DNA from: a virus
Taxonomy: Duplodnaviria > Heunggongvirae > Uroviricota > Caudoviricetes
Reading direction: 5' to 3' (one strand)
Length of the DNA: 64,000 nt
Virus record (IMG/VR): IMGVR_UViG_3300020721_000006
Of this stretch, positions 18,935 through 27,718 are shown one piece after another. A model generated the notes under the pieces. That model saw only the letters and a program-made list of their open reading frames with translations, was not told the origin of the DNA and made no database searches. Both the position numbers and the translations under genes were made by a program. Position 1 is the first letter of the stretch. The number at the start of each line of letters is the position of its first letter.

Positions 18935-19201
18935 ATGAAAAGATATAATGGTGCACACGGATACCCAGATATGGTTGAGGCAAATGACGGACATTGGGTA
19001 ACGTATGAATCATATTCGTTAGCATTACTAGATGCTAATAAAAGTTCTGAAAGATATTGGGCATCAACTTGTACTAGTGATGATAAGATTAGGGCAGAAT
19101 ATGAAAATCAATTAGCAAAACAACAAACTATTATAACAGTATTATCTGCTATACTGTTTGTATTGGGTATGGGTGCTATATTTACATTTATAGGTGGTTA
19201 A
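18935..19201 (+). CDS. hypothetical protein with C-terminal TM anchor (88 aa)
   Basis: ORF; C-terminal IITVLSAILFVLGMGAIFTFIGG. Confidence 0.5.
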   Translation: MKRYNGAHGYPDMVEANDGHWVTYESYSLALLDANKSSERYWASTCTSDDKIRAEYENQLAKQQTIITVLSAILFVLGMGAIFTFIGG

Positions 19202-19372
19202 ATGAAAAAGTTATATGTTGGTATGTTTGATGTTGTATTAGCAGTAATGGTTATCTCATTCTTTGTATTTGTTGATTCAATTATAATTTTAATTGGATTT
19301 GCTGCTATTATGTACTTAGTTGTAGAACACTATTTAATTATGCGTAGTTGCTACTTATCTAGCAGCAAGTAG
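19202..19372 (+). CDS. small two-TM membrane peptide (56 aa)
   Basis: ATG one nt after previous stop; below track cutoff. Confidence 0.35.
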   Translation: MKKLYVGMFDVVLAVMVISFFVFVDSIIILIGFAAIMYLVVEHYLIMRSCYLSSSK

Positions 19373-19380
19373 GTAGTAAA

Positions 19381-19614
19381 ATGATAGAATATAAAGTAAA
19401 AGTTTGTGATGATAGAACGGAATGGTATTTAAATGACCAATTACATCGAGAAGATGGCCCTGCTACTGAATGGGCTAATGGTCGTAAAAGATGGTTTTTA
19501 AATGACAAAGAATATACCGAAGAAGAATTCCTCAAATCGACTCAACCAGCTAAAGAACTAACTATTGCTGAAATTGAAACATTACTTGGACATCGTGTTA
19601 AGGTAGTAAAATAA
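19381..19614 (+). CDS. MORN-variant-like repeat protein (W-LND-LHREDGPA repeats)
   Basis: repeat WYLNDQLHREDGPATEWANG... Confidence 0.55.
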   Translation: MIEYKVKVCDDRTEWYLNDQLHREDGPATEWANGRKRWFLNDKEYTEEEFLKSTQPAKELTIAEIETLLGHRVKVVK

Positions 19615-19973
19615 TGGATAAAGTATACCTAATAGAAACAGATAAACCATTTTCATGTATACCAGGAAACATTACTAGAACTATGTATTCTGTAGATGGC
19701 AAATACCACAGAGAAGATGGCCCTGCTATAGAATGGGTTTATGGTAATGGTGAATGGTATGGTGAAGAATGGTATTTAAATGGCCAAAAACATCGACTAG
19801 ATGGTCCAGCTATATTGTGGTATAATGGTGAAAAACAGTGGTGGGTAAATGGCGATTTACATCGAGAAGATGGACCTGCTATTATATGGGAAGATGGTTC
19901 TAAAGAATGGTGGTTAAATGATAAAGAATACACCGAAAAAAAGTTTAATAAAATAATAAATGCGAAAGTTTGA
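19614..19973 (+). CDS. MORN-variant-like repeat protein, four ~23-aa repeats
   Basis: repeats EWY(L)NG(Q/D)(K/L)HR(L/E)DGPAI(L/I)W. Confidence 0.6.
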   Translation: MDKVYLIETDKPFSCIPGNITRTMYSVDGKYHREDGPAIEWVYGNGEWYGEEWYLNGQKHRLDGPAILWYNGEKQWWVNGDLHREDGPAIIWEDGSKEWWLNDKEYTEKKFNKIINAKV

Positions 19974-19998
19974 CATTTGATAAAACCGATAGTATAAT
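19970..19998 (+). promoter_or_regulatory. consensus promoter TTGACA-N17-TATAAT
   Basis: -35 19970-19975, -10 19993-19998; shares ACCGATAGTATAATATACACATA with promoter at 26982. Confidence 0.6.
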
Positions 19999-20026
19999 AT
20001 ACACATACTAACAAAGAGGGTAGACA

Positions 20027-20356
20027 ATGAATACTAAAATATATTTTTTATGGGAATATGAGTGGCATTACGGAACACTTTTGAAAGAAAATGCAAAAAG
20101 TTATAAGATTTTCTTTCCAGGTAGCGGTATGCTTTCTGCACATGAAAGACATGTACCTAAAGAAAATTGTGCATTACCAGGTGAGAGTGTTTGTGTAGTA
20201 TGGCAAAAATGGACATCTGCTCGTGGTAGTTATCGGGTTGAACGTGAGTTATATCCACATCGTCGTATCTTAGCAGAGAACGTTGCTAGTGCTGGCCATT
20301 TTAGAGGCGAGCGTGGTCGTGTATGGGAAACCGCACATGGTGTCGAACAAGTTTAA
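20027..20356 (+). CDS. hypothetical protein (109 aa); 3' half noticeably more GC-rich than surroundings
   Basis: ORF with AAAGAGGGTAGACA RBS. Confidence 0.5.
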   Translation: MNTKIYFLWEYEWHYGTLLKENAKSYKIFFPGSGMLSAHERHVPKENCALPGESVCVVWQKWTSARGSYRVERELYPHRRILAENVASAGHFRGERGRVWETAHGVEQV

Positions 20357-20369
20357 CCATCTTATTAAA

Positions 20370-20423
20370 CAACTGAGGAATAAAACAATGACAAAACAAC
20401 TGAGGAATAAAACAATGACAAAA
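20370..20423 (+). repeat. 2 x 27-bp perfect tandem repeat (caactgaggaataaaacaatgacaaaa) duplicating an RBS+ATG+MTKQ start
   Basis: direct inspection. Confidence 0.8.
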
Positions 20424-20442
20424 CAATGGCCAACAAGCTACC

Positions 20443-20538
20443 GAAGAAGAATTTTTAGAAGCCACACAACCAGCCAAAGAACTAACCATAGCTGAAATAG
20501 AAGCATTGTTAGGGCATCGTGTAAAGGTAGTGAAATAA
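20443..20538 (+). pseudogene. start-less duplicated 3' fragment of MORN-like gene 19381 (EEEFLEATQPAKELTIAEIEALLGHRVKVVK*)
   Basis: ~80 percent nucleotide identity to 19518-19614; no in-frame start. Confidence 0.45.
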
Positions 20539-20541
20539 GAT

Positions 20542-20570
20542 TTGACAATTATTGAAACCATTGCTATAAT
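20542..20570 (+). promoter_or_regulatory. consensus promoter TTGACA-N17-TATAAT
   Basis: -35 20542-20547, -10 20565-20570. Confidence 0.6.
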
Positions 20571-20591
20571 CTAATCTTACTAAACGATAAT

Positions 20592-20843
20592 ATGAAACTT
20601 GAAGAAAGATATCCAGATTTAGATACTAGAATTACGAAAATATGTAAAATGCTTTTTGAAAATGGTTATACGGATTTTGCAAAAGTGATGTGGAGAATGT
20701 CTAGTGGAACTAGGAGTAAAGCATTTGATATTGCTAATCAAATGGTAGCTCGTTATGGGTATGAACCAATGTCAATAGAAGATTTTGACGATGCCTGTGC
20801 AGAAATTACAGGTGGTTGCGAAGTAGAATGGGATAACGAATGA
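20592..20843 (+). CDS. hypothetical protein (83 aa)
   Basis: ORF. Confidence 0.5.
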   Translation: MKLEERYPDLDTRITKICKMLFENGYTDFAKVMWRMSSGTRSKAFDIANQMVARYGYEPMSIEDFDDACAEITGGCEVEWDNE

Positions 20844-21016
20844 ACACACTATTAGATGATGAAACATATACAATTGAAGCACGTCTTGAGGCTGCTAAGA
20901 TATTATTGGAAATGAAAGATAAACAAATTAAACAACTTGAAGATATGTTAGCTGAAAACAGATCTACACAATCTTGGATTGATCAAGCCACTTATAACAC
21001 AACGAGTTTACTATGA
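20840..21016 (+). CDS. small helical protein (58 aa)
   Basis: ATGA overlaps on both sides; below cutoff. Confidence 0.4.
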   Translation: MNTLLDDETYTIEARLEAAKILLEMKDKQIKQLEDMLAENRSTQSWIDQATYNTTSLL

Positions 21017-21246
21017 ACGTAAAAATGATAAGAGAACTGGCATTTGATTGTTATACTGGTAAACATCATGAATTTGATGAGATACTATTTGCCGAGATGA
21101 TTGTTAAAGAATTCATTACAATTTGTAAATCAACAGTAAACGATGAGCAAGACTATGAAGATATGGATGAGTATGAAAAGGGTTGGGCTGATTCTGCTGA
21201 TCGTATTATTGAGCTATCAATAAAACATTTTGGAGTCGAAGAATGA
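21013..21246 (+). CDS. FAEL-HFGV family small protein
   Basis: LFAEMIVKEFITICK ... KHFGVEE. Confidence 0.5.
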   Translation: MNVKMIRELAFDCYTGKHHEFDEILFAEMIVKEFITICKSTVNDEQDYEDMDEYEKGWADSADRIIELSIKHFGVEE

Positions 21247-21509
21247 ACGAGAAAATTAGAGAACTTGCTGAACAGTCTGGTTTCTTTCCAGTTCCTGATG
21301 AAATGGAATGGGATTGGGACTATAGAGCAGAAAATGCTCGTTATGAAAGGTTTGCCGAGATGATTGTAAAACAATGTATGAAAATTTGTGAGGATCAAGC
21401 TAGTCTACAATATGATGCATATAGGTTTGATTTTGTAGAACATGATACAAGTGAAACTGCAAGTCAGTGTGCAACACAGATTAAAGAACACTTTGGAGTA
21501 AACGAATGA
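21243..21509 (+). CDS. FAEL-HFGV family small protein
   Basis: MNEKIRELAEQSG ... FAEMIVKQCMKIC ... EHFGVNE. Confidence 0.55.
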   Translation: MNEKIRELAEQSGFFPVPDEMEWDWDYRAENARYERFAEMIVKQCMKICEDQASLQYDAYRFDFVEHDTSETASQCATQIKEHFGVNE

Positions 21510-21736
21510 ATGAAAGAATTAAAGAAATTGCATTAGAATCTTGGGCATATGTATCCTATAATGATGCTCCTAAAGGTATATTAAAAAGAGATTGGTATGA
21601 CCAGAAATTTGCTGAGTTGATTGTAAATGAATGTGTAGCAGAAGCAAAAGATGATTGTGCTGGTTGGTCAGAACGCGACCAGTGTCTTGTGATGCAGGTC
21701 ATGGACAGGATTAAACAACATTTTGGAATAAGATAA
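21506..21736 (+). CDS. FAEL-HFGV family small protein
   Basis: MNERIKEIALES ... FAELIVNECVAEA ... QHFGIR. Confidence 0.55.
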   Translation: MNERIKEIALESWAYVSYNDAPKGILKRDWYDQKFAELIVNECVAEAKDDCAGWSERDQCLVMQVMDRIKQHFGIR

Positions 21737-21927
21737 TGGTAAAAGTAATTTCAACAGAACCACATCCTAGTGTTGTTAAACAAACAGTTTGTAAAAATTG
21801 TGGAGCTATGTTAGAATACGTTCCAGCAGATATACAAACGCGAAAAGAAAGCGACTATACTGGTGGCGTAGATACTATAAGATTTATTAGTTGTCCTCCT
21901 TGTGGTCATAAAAATACAGTAAAATAG
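21736..21927 (+). CDS. zinc-ribbon small protein
   Basis: CKNC ... CPPCGH pairs. Confidence 0.45.
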   Translation: MVKVISTEPHPSVVKQTVCKNCGAMLEYVPADIQTRKESDYTGGVDTIRFISCPPCGHKNTVK

Positions 21928-21934
21928 GATTAAA

Positions 21935-22135
21935 ATGATTAATAAAATGTGTGCATGTCTGGGTCCGATGTATAACGAACCATATTGTCCATGTAAAATG
22001 GTAGATCAAAATTTAGAACGAAGTGATGAATATAAAGAATACATGCTACCTGAAAATGTAGAAAAACGTAATGCAGAATTAAAAATTCAACTTGAAAACT
22101 GCATGGAGATAATGAAAAATTCACGAAAAGATTAA
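21935..22135 (+). CDS. Cys-containing small protein (66 aa)
   Basis: CAC ... CPC motif. Confidence 0.4.
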   Translation: MINKMCACLGPMYNEPYCPCKMVDQNLERSDEYKEYMLPENVEKRNAELKIQLENCMEIMKNSRKD

Positions 22136-22159
22136 AGAAAATCTGAAAAATGACTATAA

Positions 22160-22345
22160 TTGAACAACATAACGAAAACGATAATGATTAAAATTTTACA
22201 ATTCTTATGGCACGGATGCTGGCACAACTGGGAACTCAGTAGCACTGGCGCAAAATCTATTGATGGTAGACCTAACGGATTATACTATATTTATAAATGC
22301 TCTAAATGTAGTAGAATAGAAGAACGCGGAAAAAACAGTTGGTGA
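22160..22345 (+). CDS. small protein with C-terminal CSKCS zinc-finger-like motif
   Basis: ORF. Confidence 0.4.
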   Translation: MNNITKTIMIKILQFLWHGCWHNWELSSTGAKSIDGRPNGLYYIYKCSKCSRIEERGKNSW

Positions 22346-22346
22346 T

Positions 22347-22685
22347 ATGAATCTTAAACAACTTTATGATATTATAGAACGGCAGATGATTCTTTGTGAG
22401 CAAAGACATCAAGATCCAGCTGAAATTAGAGTTTGCATTCCAATTCAAACGGCAAAAGCAATCGGTGGTACACCATGTGCAAATGTCAAACAAGCTAATA
22501 AAGGGTTTGATTGGGATGATAATAAATTTATGTTATATCCAGAAATAGATTTGAGCTTGACAGATCACGATTATCTTGCTATAATGCGTAAAGAAGCTGA
22601 AGAAATCGGCTGGACATCATACGAAGTCGGCAATCTTAAACGTGAAGTTAAACGGTTAACGAAACTATTGGAGGATAAAGAATGA
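22347..22685 (+). CDS. hypothetical protein (112 aa)
   Basis: ORF. Confidence 0.5.
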   Translation: MNLKQLYDIIERQMILCEQRHQDPAEIRVCIPIQTAKAIGGTPCANVKQANKGFDWDDNKFMLYPEIDLSLTDHDYLAIMRKEAEEIGWTSYEVGNLKREVKRLTKLLEDKE

Positions 22686-22906
22686 AAAAAGCAGAACAAA
22701 CAGAAATCATAAAGACAATTAGAGATAGAGATATCGTTCTTGCAATCGAAAATGCATTAAACTACGGTCCTCCACACGATACCTTATTTTTAGCAGCTTT
22801 AACTGAAATAACAGAGTTGCGTCAACAGATTATTGAATTGGGTGGGACATTACCAATGGCACAAACATTGGATGGACGTCCAAATTATCAGAAATTATAT
22901 TTATGA
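22682..22906 (+). CDS. hypothetical protein (74 aa)
   Basis: ORF, ATGA overlap. Confidence 0.45.
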   Translation: MKKAEQTEIIKTIRDRDIVLAIENALNYGPPHDTLFLAALTEITELRQQIIELGGTLPMAQTLDGRPNYQKLYL

Positions 22907-22948
22907 ACAATTTTTTATTATTAAGTAAACCAACAAGAGGAAACTAAT

Positions 22949-23112
22949 ATGACGATTTATTAGTAATTGGTACATTTTTGGTTGGAGTTTTTATTGGTGG
23001 ATTTTTATTCCATATGTTAATAATACGTACTTATGAACTTGAACGAAAATTTGTTATAGAGGTATATGATAAAGCTACTGGACAACTTACTATGGATGAA
23101 CATCCAATTTAG
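22949..23112 (+). pseudogene. frameshifted paralog of the N-terminal TM region of ORF 39045-39392
   Basis: good RBS AAGAGGAAA before ATG 22949; after inserting one T in TTTATT run (about 22958-22963) reads MTIYLVIGTFLVGVFIGGFLFHMLIIRTYELERKF..., cf. MMILLVIGAFLFGMFIGGFLWNKIIMRAYARD. Confidence 0.45.
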
Positions 23113-23150
23113 ATTTATGATAATAGTTAAAAATTATTAAAGGATAAAGA

Positions 23151-23357
23151 ATGACTAAAACAAGAATAGATAATAATGTTAATCATGGGTATAAAAATAC
23201 TCCAAATGAAGTTAGCAGATTAAGTTCAAACAATCCAATTTTAGAAAATAATAAAGAAATTACAGAAGAAACTATGCAATCATTGATTGATAGATGTACT
23301 GCACTGACTGAAAAAACAATGCAATATTTTGCTGATAGTAAGTATGAAAATAAGTGA
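23151..23357 (+). CDS. hypothetical protein (68 aa)
   Basis: ORF. Confidence 0.4.
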   Translation: MTKTRIDNNVNHGYKNTPNEVSRLSSNNPILENNKEITEETMQSLIDRCTALTEKTMQYFADSKYENK

Positions 23358-23631
23358 AGTAGTAATACATCAACATAAAAAAACTTGGGAGATTTTGAAG
23401 AACGAACAATTAGTTAATCAAATGTATGAACTGTATGAAATATTTTTGCATAATACTAAAAATTTTTCAATACAAGCAACTGAAATCTTTGATGAATATA
23501 AAATAACTGATCTCATAATTGACTATAACAGTTATAAAAAAGAATTATTAGAAATATTTACTACAAAAGACCAAGTAATTAAACTTATTGATAGAATAAT
23601 TAGCTATTTGGAATATAATGAATTAAATTAA
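23344..23631 (+). CDS. hypothetical protein; paralog of 33382-33669
   Basis: shared C-terminal ITDLIIDY ... DQVIKLIDRIISYLEYNEL. Confidence 0.5.
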   Translation: MKISEVVIHQHKKTWEILKNEQLVNQMYELYEIFLHNTKNFSIQATEIFDEYKITDLIIDYNSYKKELLEIFTTKDQVIKLIDRIISYLEYNELN

Positions 23632-23660
23632 AGAAACTATTAGAGAATAGAGAATAAAGA

Positions 23661-23831
23661 ATGAATAAAGAATTAGTTTTACTAGTGAGTGGTATTGTTT
23701 TAATTGTGTTTGGAAGCGTGTTCGGTGCAATTGTATATCATAATCATACAAAATATGAATGTGTTAAATTCGCCATAGAAAAAAATATTTCATCAACAGA
23801 AGCCAAATCGTTGTGTGATATAATAAGATGA
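23661..23831 (+). CDS. small membrane protein (56 aa)
   Basis: N-terminal TM; below cutoff. Confidence 0.35.
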   Translation: MNKELVLLVSGIVLIVFGSVFGAIVYHNHTKYECVKFAIEKNISSTEAKSLCDIIR

Positions 23832-23977
23832 TCGATATGACACCAATCTACTTTACAATGCTAGATTATAGTAATAATCCAGAAAATCATTTATCAGGTC
23901 AATTGATATTTATTTTTGGTCTAGTACTAGTCGTAGGAATTTTATGGATGATGAAAATAATAAAAGATCTAAAATGA
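23828..23977 (+). CDS. small membrane protein (49 aa)
   Basis: ATGA overlap; C-terminal TM. Confidence 0.35.
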   Translation: MIDMTPIYFTMLDYSNNPENHLSGQLIFIFGLVLVVGILWMMKIIKDLK

Positions 23978-24029
23978 AATGAAAAAATACCTAAACATAT
24001 TTAGTTTACGAAAATAAAGAAGGATGAAG

Positions 24030-24185
24030 ATGAATGAGTATAAAGCGTATTATATAGCATACGAAAACCGTATAGTTGCTGGGCCGTTTCAGTCAGTTGA
24101 AGCTGCTGTCGATGGTAAGAAAAAACTTAATCCTAATCCTGCGTTAATAGTAGTAAAATCAACAATATTGTGTGAGGAAGTATGA
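24030..24185 (+). CDS. small protein (51 aa)
   Basis: AAGAAGGA RBS; TGA overlaps ATG of 24182. Confidence 0.35.
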   Translation: MNEYKAYYIAYENRIVAGPFQSVEAAVDGKKKLNPNPALIVVKSTILCEEV

Positions 24186-24409
24186 ACGAAAACATTGAAA
24201 ACTTGAAGAAACAATGTTATATTAGTATTGTTGACAGAGATGGCGATATGGAATATAATATGCAAAAATTTGCTGAGTTGATTGTAAAAGAATGTTATCA
24301 AATCTGTAAGGATAATCTTATAGCTGGTGATGACTATGGCGAATTAAATTATAATGATGGTGTTATGGATTGTGGTATTATGATTATGCATCATTTTGGA
24401 GTCAAATAA
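24182..24409 (+). CDS. FAEL-HFGV family small protein
   Basis: FAELIVKECYQICKD ... HHFGVK. Confidence 0.55.
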   Translation: MNENIENLKKQCYISIVDRDGDMEYNMQKFAELIVKECYQICKDNLIAGDDYGELNYNDGVMDCGIMIMHHFGVK

Positions 24410-24606
24410 TGAGCAACATGATTGGTAATTTGTTATATGTGGCGATTTGTGTGCTATTTCTATATTCAATAGTAATATTAATGCTTCAAATGTCACCATT
24501 TATTTCAATTAAAACATTTGTTAGTTATGAATCAATTATTTTTGGAATACTTAAGGTATTGTTAACTATAGTTGGAATGTTGAGTTTATTGTGGGTATGG
24601 AAATAG
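24409..24606 (+). CDS. two-TM membrane protein (65 aa)
   Basis: TAATG start; hydrophobic. Confidence 0.45.
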   Translation: MSNMIGNLLYVAICVLFLYSIVILMLQMSPFISIKTFVSYESIIFGILKVLLTIVGMLSLLWVWK

Positions 24607-24614
24607 GAGCCAAA

Positions 24615-24896
24615 ATGCCGGAAGATAATTCATCAGAATACTATAATAAAAGAGTTCCAGAGTTAGACAAATTAATAAAGAAAATACAACGTGAGATAAA
24701 GAATAAAACAGCAGGTGTTAACAGACCATCGATACAGTATTGGGCAACAATTGATCCAAAAACAAGATTACCTATTATAAATTTTAAGGGTGAGATTGAT
24801 ACAACATTGCCAAATAGTAGCATTGATGAATTAACGATTTTACATGATTTGATATTAAAATACGGAAAGGATATAACACGTGAACGAACTAATTAA
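24615..24896 (+). CDS. hypothetical protein
   Basis: TAGGAG RBS before ATG 24615. Confidence 0.45.
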   Translation: MPEDNSSEYYNKRVPELDKLIKKIQREIKNKTAGVNRPSIQYWATIDPKTRLPIINFKGEIDTTLPNSSIDELTILHDLILKYGKDITRERTN

Positions 24897-25161
24897 CGAT
24901 ATAATGCAACAAGCTAAAATGTATCATGCCGATAGCAATGGCAATTTAGATGTTGTATATGAACATATTATAAGAGCAACCATCAAAAAATGTATTCATG
25001 AAGTATCACAATATAATTCTTTTTCCTTACACGATGGCATCACACCTGACCTAACAGTAGAACAACGTGAGGAAATTGCTTATATAAAAGGAATAGATCA
25101 AGGGTACAATGATGCTGTTCAACAAATTGCAGATGGACTTAGAAACATAATTGGTGTATAA
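24880..25161 (+). CDS. hypothetical protein (distant FAEL-family-like)
   Basis: ORF. Confidence 0.45.
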   Translation: MNELINDIMQQAKMYHADSNGNLDVVYEHIIRATIKKCIHEVSQYNSFSLHDGITPDLTVEQREEIAYIKGIDQGYNDAVQQIADGLRNIIGV

Positions 25162-25355
25162 TGAACAACCAAGATTTAGAATTTATACAAGCAGTTTCTG
25201 ACTGGCGTCTTAATAAACCAAAAAAAGAAATAGCTGCCTGGTGGTGGGAAGAACTTACCAGTGATGGATGGGTTGAATGTGCTGATACAGATAAACCACC
25301 AGAAAATGAATATAGAAGAAATATAACTCCATTAATTAAATTGATAAAAGAATAA
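25161..25355 (+). CDS. hypothetical protein (64 aa)
   Basis: ORF. Confidence 0.45.
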   Translation: MNNQDLEFIQAVSDWRLNKPKKEIAAWWWEELTSDGWVECADTDKPPENEYRRNITPLIKLIKE

Positions 25356-25359
25356 CAAA

Positions 25360-25677
25360 ATGAATGATATTATTATAGAACGACCAACACAATTGGTACA
25401 AGAACCGGTTGCTTGGATGTATGATTGGGATGATGAACATGGCCGAACCCGTATTAATCTATTAACTACAGATCCAGAGCATAGTCATTTACAAACGGCT
25501 TTTAATATTACACCACTCTATTCATCACCACAAACACCAAAACAAGAGCCTTTGAGTGATCGTGAAATTCTTAAAAATACGCCACATTTGGCAAATTTTG
25601 AAAGAACTGGTGTATATGGCTGTTTAATGTTCGAATATGGAGTTAGATTTGCTGAAAAACATCACGATATTAAATGA
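25360..25677 (+). CDS. hypothetical protein (105 aa)
   Basis: ORF. Confidence 0.5.
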   Translation: MNDIIIERPTQLVQEPVAWMYDWDDEHGRTRINLLTTDPEHSHLQTAFNITPLYSSPQTPKQEPLSDREILKNTPHLANFERTGVYGCLMFEYGVRFAEKHHDIK

Positions 25678-25678
25678 G

Positions 25679-25921
25679 ATGAGTGCAGAACGAGAACTAT
25701 TAAGAAAAATTATGGATTCAGGTTTGTTAAATATGGATTTAAGCATAGAAGTAGAAAAACTACTTGACCAACCTGAACCAGAACCTGTTGTTAGAGTTCA
25801 TAGCATACACGCGGACGGTGAAACATTACCTGTATATATTCTGGGTGAGGTATTATCTAATGAACCTAATATTTGGGATTTACCTATAAAATATGATGAT
25901 CTTCTCTACTTAAAAGGATAA
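25679..25921 (+). CDS. hypothetical acidic protein
   Basis: internal ATG 25679 just after previous stop. Confidence 0.45.
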   Translation: MSAERELLRKIMDSGLLNMDLSIEVEKLLDQPEPEPVVRVHSIHADGETLPVYILGEVLSNEPNIWDLPIKYDDLLYLKG

Positions 25922-25924
25922 CAC

Positions 25925-26326
25925 ATGAAAATTAAAAGAAATTCACTGATATATAAAATTGCAGAATTTGGAGATCCATCTGTTGGAATGTACGGAAATA
26001 CATGTGATTTTATAAACAGCCTTATTACTGGAATTGCAAGTTTTAGTATTATGTCCTTTGCTGTAGGGTGTATGATATTTTCAATTTATCATACAATTTG
26101 CTATTTTATAGATCCATCTATTGGATTTCGACCATCAACAGACATATCTAGTGTGATTATGGTTATGGGTTTGTTATTTAATGGAATTGTTCTATTATTT
26201 GGATCTTTTGGATTGTATATGGAGTATAGATGGAACCATCGGGCACTAACAAAATCACCATCTAAGATTACTTTACTTTGGCGTTCATTTCGTGATAAGA
26301 TATGCGTAAAAATTGAATATGAATAA
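25925..26326 (+). CDS. multi-pass membrane protein (133 aa)
   Basis: three hydrophobic segments. Confidence 0.5.
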   Translation: MKIKRNSLIYKIAEFGDPSVGMYGNTCDFINSLITGIASFSIMSFAVGCMIFSIYHTICYFIDPSIGFRPSTDISSVIMVMGLLFNGIVLLFGSFGLYMEYRWNHRALTKSPSKITLLWRSFRDKICVKIEYE

Positions 26327-26359
26327 CCAAACTCATTTTTAAGAAATTTAGGAATTAAT

Positions 26360-26593
26360 ATGACAACATCATTATGTAATTGGTTTTTCTTATTTGTAAT
26401 GTTTATTGGTCCAGTATTATGTATTGTTGCAATGCTTATAATTGGACTAATTGATTCGTTTAAACGCAAAGATACTGAAAACATAGAACAACGTTCAGTA
26501 AAACAATGGCGTGAAAATAATTTAAGAGCTCAACACGAAATGAGAAAAGATTCTGGATGGTATGTATACGATGACAAACAAAGAAAAAGATGA
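26360..26593 (+). CDS. N-terminal TM protein (77 aa)
   Basis: ORF. Confidence 0.45.
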   Translation: MTTSLCNWFFLFVMFIGPVLCIVAMLIIGLIDSFKRKDTENIEQRSVKQWRENNLRAQHEMRKDSGWYVYDDKQRKR

Positions 26594-26759
26594 AAGAATT
26601 GAAGAACTAGAAGATTGGAAAATGAGATTTAATTGGAACCTACACGGTGAAGTTGAATCATGGGGAGATTGGGAAACAGCATATCCTATTGATGCTGCTG
26701 AATTAGAAGAATTAAAAAGGTTGACAAACCGAAATAATGGTAGTATACTACACACATAA
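26571..26759 (+). CDS. hypothetical acidic protein
   Basis: ORF, start uncertain (26562 or 26571). Confidence 0.4.
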   Translation: MTNKEKDERIEELEDWKMRFNWNLHGEVESWGDWETAYPIDAAELEELKRLTNRNNGSILHT

Positions 26760-26782
26760 ACTAAACTATTGAGGAATTTAAA

Positions 26783-26977
26783 ATGTATATGAGAGAATAT
26801 TACCTTGTTGTAACACCGGACGAACAATACGCCCACTTAGAATATGTTGAAGGACCAATGTCTAAAGAACTTGCCATGGAAAAGGCTTTTAATAAAAACA
26901 CATATGATCGTTACGAGGGTGGGAGATATGATGTTGTTGTAAAAATTATTCAAGGGCTTGAATATATCGAAGAATAA
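26783..26977 (+). CDS. hypothetical protein (64 aa)
   Basis: GAGGAATTTAAA RBS. Confidence 0.45.
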   Translation: MYMREYYLVVTPDEQYAHLEYVEGPMSKELAMEKAFNKNTYDRYEGGRYDVVVKIIQGLEYIEE

Positions 26978-26981
26978 GGGG

Positions 26982-27010
26982 TTGACAAAAGGTAAGACCG
27001 ATAGTATAAT
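26982..27010 (+). promoter_or_regulatory. consensus promoter TTGACA-N17-TATAAT
   Basis: -35 26982-26987, -10 27005-27010. Confidence 0.6.
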
Positions 27011-27044
27011 ATACACATAATTTAAAACAACTAGGAGCAACTCA

Positions 27045-27299
27045 ATGAGTTCACATAAAATAGAATATGTCAAATATATTAAAATTTCATATACTATTCC
27101 TTTACATTCAAGTAAAGGAAATTTTATAGCTGATGTAACCGATTCAAAAGAATTCAAAACTGCACATCACGCCGCAAGATGGTATGCCCAAAAATGGTCA
27201 AATAAGAGATGGAGACATTTGCCATATAATCCCGATGATGGTAAACAAGCTGTTGTCGAACGCAGAGTTAAAAAGATTTTTAAAAAATACTTACCATAG
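27045..27299 (+). CDS. hypothetical basic protein (84 aa)
   Basis: AGGAGCAACTCA RBS. Confidence 0.5.
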   Translation: MSSHKIEYVKYIKISYTIPLHSSKGNFIADVTDSKEFKTAHHAARWYAQKWSNKRWRHLPYNPDDGKQAVVERRVKKIFKKYLP

Positions 27300-27310
27300 G
27301 AAATATCATA

Positions 27311-27703
27311 ATGACTTATACAACAACACCATTAGCATCTTATGATACTCTTAATAACCATGTCGGGTTTTATGTTACAATAGGTGTAGCTTTTGTGATA
27401 TTAGCGGTATATAGAAAAGATGATTTCGCATGGATTTCAATAAGTATTTGGGTTATAATTACTGCTATAGTTAGTTGGAATTCTGGTGAAATTAGAGTAT
27501 ATAAAAACAATCCAGTTATTGGGCATTTGGTTAGATTTGAACCAGAAGTATGGGATGAAGAACACCATGGACCAAAAAATCAGGTGTCTCATACTACTGA
27601 AAGAAAAATGTATGTGGTATACCAAGTAGATGGCAATGAAGTAATATTCGATGCCAATAAAGGTGAACCATATCCACAAACAGCAACACTTTATCAAAAT
27701 TAA
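27311..27703 (+). CDS. two-TM membrane protein with soluble C-terminal domain
   Basis: ORF. Confidence 0.5.
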   Translation: MTYTTTPLASYDTLNNHVGFYVTIGVAFVILAVYRKDDFAWISISIWVIITAIVSWNSGEIRVYKNNPVIGHLVRFEPEVWDEEHHGPKNQVSHTTERKMYVVYQVDGNEVIFDANKGEPYPQTATLYQN

Positions 27704-27718
27704 ACAATAGAGATTAAA